This document shows, in pieces, positions 47,801 through 53,800 of a DNA stretch of 64,000 bases. Numbering within the stretch: position 1 is the first letter of the stretch; each line of letters starts with the position of its first letter. The position numbers and the translations under genes were made by a program. The notes below the pieces were generated by a model. It was not told where the DNA came from, did not search any database, and was given only the letters and a program-made list of their open reading frames with translations. Source of the stretch: a virus; the IMG/VR virus record IMGVR_UViG_3300036861_000610, positions 32,001 to 96,000 of that record. One strand, written 5' to 3'.

Positions 47801-50800
47801 ATCAAGAAGGCCACTCCGACCAAGGCGCCAGCCAAGGCGGCCACTAAGGCAGTACCGGCGGCCAAGAAGGTGGCAGCCAAGGCTGTCGAGAAGCCGGTCA
47901 TCAAGCGGGCAGCGAAGAAGGTCACTCCACCGGAGGAGCGGTCACGGATCCGTACCGCCGCGCCGGAGACCAAGAACGCCATGGATGTCAACGTTGGTGA
48001 CGTCATCCGCCTGCCGCAAGACCAGAGGCTCCGCGAGCCAGGCGAGGTTGTCCGGGTTCAGCGCATGGGTCGCATCGTCCGGATCACCCGCGACGACGGC
48101 AAGGTTGCCCAGCTGCTGCCGCGGTCCAAGGTGGAACTGGCCGAGCTGCCCAACAACCAGGACAGGGTTGCCCGTCGCGCCGGGCTGCCAACGTCGGAGG
48201 AGCGGGCGGTCCGTCGGGCTACTCCCGAGGGACCGGCCACACCTGCGAAGAAGACGGCTACGGCTCCAGCGAAGAAGGCTGCCGCAGCACCTACAAAGAA
48301 GGCCGCGCCGGCCAAGGCCACTCCGGTGGCAGCAAAGAAGGCCACCGCCCCCGCCAAGGCTGCACCGACCAAGGCTGCACCAGCCAAGAAGGTGGCTGCC
48401 AAGAAGGCCGTTGAGCCGGCCGAGAAGTTCCTGCCGCCACTGGCCGACGGTACGCAACGCAAGAGCCTGACCAACGTCAAGGTCGGCGACACCATCCGCG
48501 TGGGCAACAACCCAGGCGACCTGGGCGTTCCGCAACGCGTGACCAAGGTCGAGCGCGACGGCAACGACGTCAAGATCACCCGGGCCGACGGCTCGGTCAT
48601 GCGGGGCAGCCCCAACACCGCCGTGTGGATGGGTGACACCCTGCGTCCAGGCGAGCGGTCGGGATCCAAGGCCACCAGGCCAACAATCACCCGGGCGGCC
48701 AAGAAAGCGGCGCCTGAGGCTGGGGCCCCTGAAGCGACACCGGCGAAGAAGGCCATCCGCAAGGCAACGCCAGCTAAGACCACGGCCGCCCGCAAGGAGT
48801 TGGACGAGAACCAGGTCGGTTCGACTCCGGCGCGGAACATGGTCAAGGACGCCAACCGAGACCTGAGTCGAGGCGACAGTCGCCAGGAGGTCGCTGACCG
48901 TCTGCGTGGCAACGCGGAAGAGCTGCGCAGCGGTGACCCGTTGACCAGTTCCGACATGCCGGACCGGATTGACCGCAGCGACGCAGACATGCGAGAAATC
49001 GCACTGATTGACGCTCGTCGCCTGGACTCCTTGGCTGATGATGTCGAGCGTGGACCTGCCGCGCCGGCCAAGAAGACAATCCGCAAGGCGCCGGCTAAGA
49101 AGGCAACCGCAACGCCCACAGGCACCAAGTCCAGTCCTGAACTGGACACCATGCAGCGCGACCGCGAGCGGCTCAACAACCGGATCCGGCGCTACGAGAA
49201 CAAGCGCAACACCGAGGGCGAGCCTGGCTCGGTGGAGAAGCGCCTGATCGGTGAGCGCGACGCCCTCGACACCAAGATCCTGGCCGAGAAGGAACGTCTC
49301 AACCCTGACGGTCTGGAGCGGGTCGAAGGGCGTGAACTGTACGACCTGGCCCGGACCAATGACGTCTCCACCTTCCTGACCCCGGACATGGTCCGGGACG
49401 AGCTGCGGAAGAAGGGCATCAAGGCTCCGGCTAAGAAGGCCGGAGTGCGGAAGGTTTCGGCCGCGAAGAAGGCCGCACCTGAGGCACCCGAGGCTCCGGC
49501 TGCGAAGAAGGCGCGGCCGACTATCACCCGGGCGGCCGACCGGAAGGCATTCCCTGAAGCGCCAGGCAACCTGAAGGACAAGCGCCGCCTCGACAACGTC
49601 AAGGACGACGACAAGGCCGCCGTCCGCACCCGGGCGACCGAGCTGCGCGACAACGACAAGAAGACGCCGGCCGCCGCCTGGAAGCAGGCCCTGGATGAGC
49701 ACGAGGCCGAGAAGGCTCGCCGTGACATGGAGGTGCTGCAGCGCGGCGGCTACCGCGACGACGGACAGGTGCCGGCGAAGAAGACAGCAGCCACGAAGAG
49801 GGCTCCGGCGAAGGTTATTCAGTTGGCCCCGAAGTCCACGCCGACTGACGAGAACGACAAAATCGGCCAGGTCATCGATGACCTCAACGCCAAGAAGATC
49901 ACCAAGAAAACGGCCGTCAAGCGTCTGCGGGACGAAGGCACCATCGAAGCCAACGACTTGGCAGATGGCCTCGAAGGTAAGGAGATCGGGGCCGGCCGGG
50001 CCGCTAAGGCGGCGGCGAAGGCTGCAAAGAAGGCAACACCGAAGGCTGCCACCGCGGTTCCCTACTCACGAGTCCAGACAGGCGACAAGGCCAGCTGGAC
50101 CGACGCTGACGGCAACAAGGTCTCCGGCACTGTGCAGCGGATGCCACGCGGCGTCTGGGTGGACTGGGAAAGCGGCCGACGGGAGCGCATCAGCTCCCGG
50201 CCGGGCCACAACGGGGTCACTTTTGAGCGCGGCAATGCGCCAGAGAAGCCGGTCATTAAGCGGGCCACCAAGGCAGCAGCCCCGACCAAGGCCGCACCAG
50301 AGAGGCCGGTCATCAAGCGTGCGACCAAGAAAGCGGCACCTGAGGCACCGACGCCGGCAGCCGAGGCTGAGCGCAAACTCAGCCCTCGTCTACTTCCAGG
50401 GCAGCGCCGTCAACTGGAGGCCATGACCCCGGCCGACCGGGAGAAGTACTGGGCACGTCGCGCCGACGGTGCGAACCACGCGGACGCGATTGGCGGCGAC
50501 GCCAGGGCGCAGCGGGCCCTTGACGGCAAAGAGCGTTTCGAGGCTCGCCTTAACGACCGGCAAAAGGGCCAGGTAAACGACTTGCCCTCGGAGGAGCAGA
50601 CCGACTACTGGAACCACCGCGAGTCTGGCGACAGTCACACCGCGGCCTTCCGTAAGGTGTCGATGGCCAGGCGGGCCGGCGCGGCCGAGAAGTCCACGCC
50701 GGCTGCCGCCAAGAAAGCTGAGCCGGCGGCCGTCGCCAAGAAGACCCCTGCGAAGCCGACCATCACCCGGGCAGCGAAGAAAACGGCCGCCCCCGAAGCC

Positions 50801-53800
50801 CCGGTCAAGGCGACGAAGGCAGCCGAGGCGCCAGCGGCACCGGCACGGAGCCGGACCAAGTTCACCCCGTCGCAGGTGGAGCTGCTGCGTCGAATCGAAA
50901 AAGGCCACATCGACGCGGATGCTGACCTGAGTACTCAGGAGAAGCGTGACCTGAACCGGCTGAGCCGTCACGGCCTGGTCCGTACCGACATGGTCCAAAA
51001 GGGCCAGAAGAAGGTGGCCCGCAACACCATCAGTGCCGACGGCCGCGACGAGTTGAAGAAGATCGACGCCCCTGCCCCGGCGAAGAAAACAGCCGCCAAG
51101 ACGGCAGCTAAGGCGACTCCCGAGGCTCCCGCCAAGAAGGCTGCCGCTCCGGCCAAGAAGGCTGCGACCCCGGCGAAGAAGGCCACCACTCCAACCACGC
51201 CAGTCAAGACGGCAACTAGCAAGGTCACTGAACCTACAGACGCCGCCACCACGGCCCGGGACCGGCTGGCCGGCCGCCAGAAGGAAGCCCGCATCCGTAA
51301 GGCGACCGGCGCTGTGGACCTGGCGGCCAACATGCTCAACGCCGCGGAGGCATTCCGCAACGGCGACAACCCGGACGGCTTCAAGCGCACTGTTCGCCAG
51401 GATCTTCAGGGCAAGACTCCTGGTGACTTGAAGAATCCGCGCGACACCCACGCAGCTGGCTGGGAAGCCTTGAAGAAGGCAATGGGTCCAGAAAGCGAGT
51501 GGGACACCCCCGAGAAGCTCGACGTACGCCTCCGTTCTGCGCTTCAGGACATGGGCATTCGAGTCGACAACAACTACGGTGACCGGCTGACCTTTGACCC
51601 GGACACAATGAACGCGTTCGACGGGGCCAACATCGGCCCAGGGGACGAAGTCACCGTCGTCAGACCTGGCCTGTCCTACCGGGACAAGGACGGAACGCTG
51701 CACGTCCTGCGTCCGCCGACGGTCACTCGGCGGAGGGGGGGAGATACAGACACCGGCCCTTTAGCTCCTGACGGCGGGCCGCCGCCCCGCAAGGCCGTTC
51801 CGGCTACGTCGCGCCCAAGGATTCACAACGGATCCGCGAGGTATGACCAGGATGGGAACCTCGTCGGGAGCACATCCAAAGGGGCCCAGTTCCGTCTCGA
51901 CCAGATCATTGACGTCAATGACCCAGATTTCCCTGACGACGGGATCCCTGTCCGGGGTTTCAGGGCACATGGGTATGACGTCAAAGAGGGGCGCCTGACT
52001 CGGCACGACGGCGTCCTCTACCTCACCGAGGAAGGGGACGGGCCGAAAGACAAGGAGCACCGCGAGCGCACCTTGAAGCAGGTTCAGGAGTGGCAGGACA
52101 GTCTGCCAGAGAACGAGAAAAAGTACGTCAAGTCCATCTCCTCCTTCAGCGGCAATAGCCCGGGGGACAGTTACTGGCAGCAGCGCCGTGGGCTACAGGA
52201 CATGGTGGCTTCCGCGAGCGCCGGCAACGGTGAAATCTCCATCTGGAGACACGGTGGGGACTACGGGCACGGCTCCAACCCGGCGACCCTCGACCATGAA
52301 CTTGGCCACCTGATTGACGACAGGTACCAGTACTCCGGCGATGGACGATGGGAACATGCGGGGCAGTCCGACAACATCGGACTCAAGGGTCGCGCCCCCG
52401 GCTTCAGCGGATTCAATCGCCTCAGCGATGAGGAAGCGGACACCGGCGGGAGGGACACCTACCGGTACGGCATCAGCAGGTATGGCACCAGTGACACCGG
52501 CGAGGACTTTGCGGAGGCGTATTCCGCCTACAAGCGTGGCTGGGTTGGCACCATCGACGACCCTGACAACCCGGGCCGTCGGCGGAAGGTCCACTTCCGC
52601 GAGCTGTACCCAGCTCGTGCCGCGATTTTCGATGGACTTTTCCCCGAGAGGGGAGTGGCGCAGCGGCGTGAGATCGCTGAATACATGGCCAGAGACCCGG
52701 ACCTTCGGGAGCTGACCGACTTCCACGAAGACTTCCTGGCTCAGGGCCTGTTGCACAAGAAGACCCTTCCTGAGCTGCGTGCCATCGCGAAGAAGGTCGG
52801 AAGGTCGAAGTACGGCGCCACTCGTGAAGGCTTGATGCGCCACATCCTGGAGGGCACGAGAGGCCCGCAGTACCGGCCGCGGTCAGGTATGTACGACACC
52901 TTGAAGCGGCTTGGCACCCGTGACGCGGCCCAGGAGCGGATGAAGGCCTACTCCCCGAGCCTGCTCCGGGAGCTGCTGCACGAGCTGGACGTGGAGAGCC
53001 CCGGCCGGCGCCGCAGCCGCGAAGAGAAGACCACCGCCATCCTGGACAAGCTGTACCCACAGGCTCCAGCCCCAGCGAAGAAGGCCGTCGCCAAGGAGGC
53101 GGCAGCCCCGGCGGCTAAGGCCGTGAAGAAGGCTGCCCCTGCAAAGCTGACGCCGGCTCGCCTGCGTCGCGCACAGCATGCCGCAGCAGAGGAGCTTGCC
53201 AAAACTGCAGCCGACCTTGAAGAGAACATCGACAAGGGCGCGTCGGACCGGGCGCTTCTGCAGTTGGTGCGGACGCGACTTGCCCGACTGAAGATCAAGG
53301 ATGTTGGCGACGAGTACGTCTGGCAGCGCCCAGGCGGCGACGTTCGCCTGGAGTCAGACCTAACCCCCACCGAGGATGCCGACATCCTCTCGGCCCGACG
53401 TCTTGCGGGATTGGGCCGTGCGGTGCAGCAGAACATCAACGACCGGTCGGCCATGCGGACAGCCATCCGGAAGAACCTGGCCGAACACGAGCTGACACCC
53501 ATTGGCGCGGCCGGCGACAAGGTTAAGTACGACCCAGCCATCCATCAGCCGATGCGATCACTGCCCAAGGGAACTGCGGTTCAGGTTGTGCACCCGGGAT
53601 ACCAGTGGCGCACACCTGAAGGTACGTCCGAAACTATCCTGCGACCACTGGTGATGGAGGCCCCGTCGCCACGGAAGGTCACGGGTGCCGCGAAGCCAAC
53701 GATCAAACGGGCCGCCAAGAAAGCTGCACCGTCGGCAAAGGCCGCCCCCGAGAAGCCAACGATCAAGCGGGCGGCCAAGAAAGCGGCTCCAACTGAAAGG

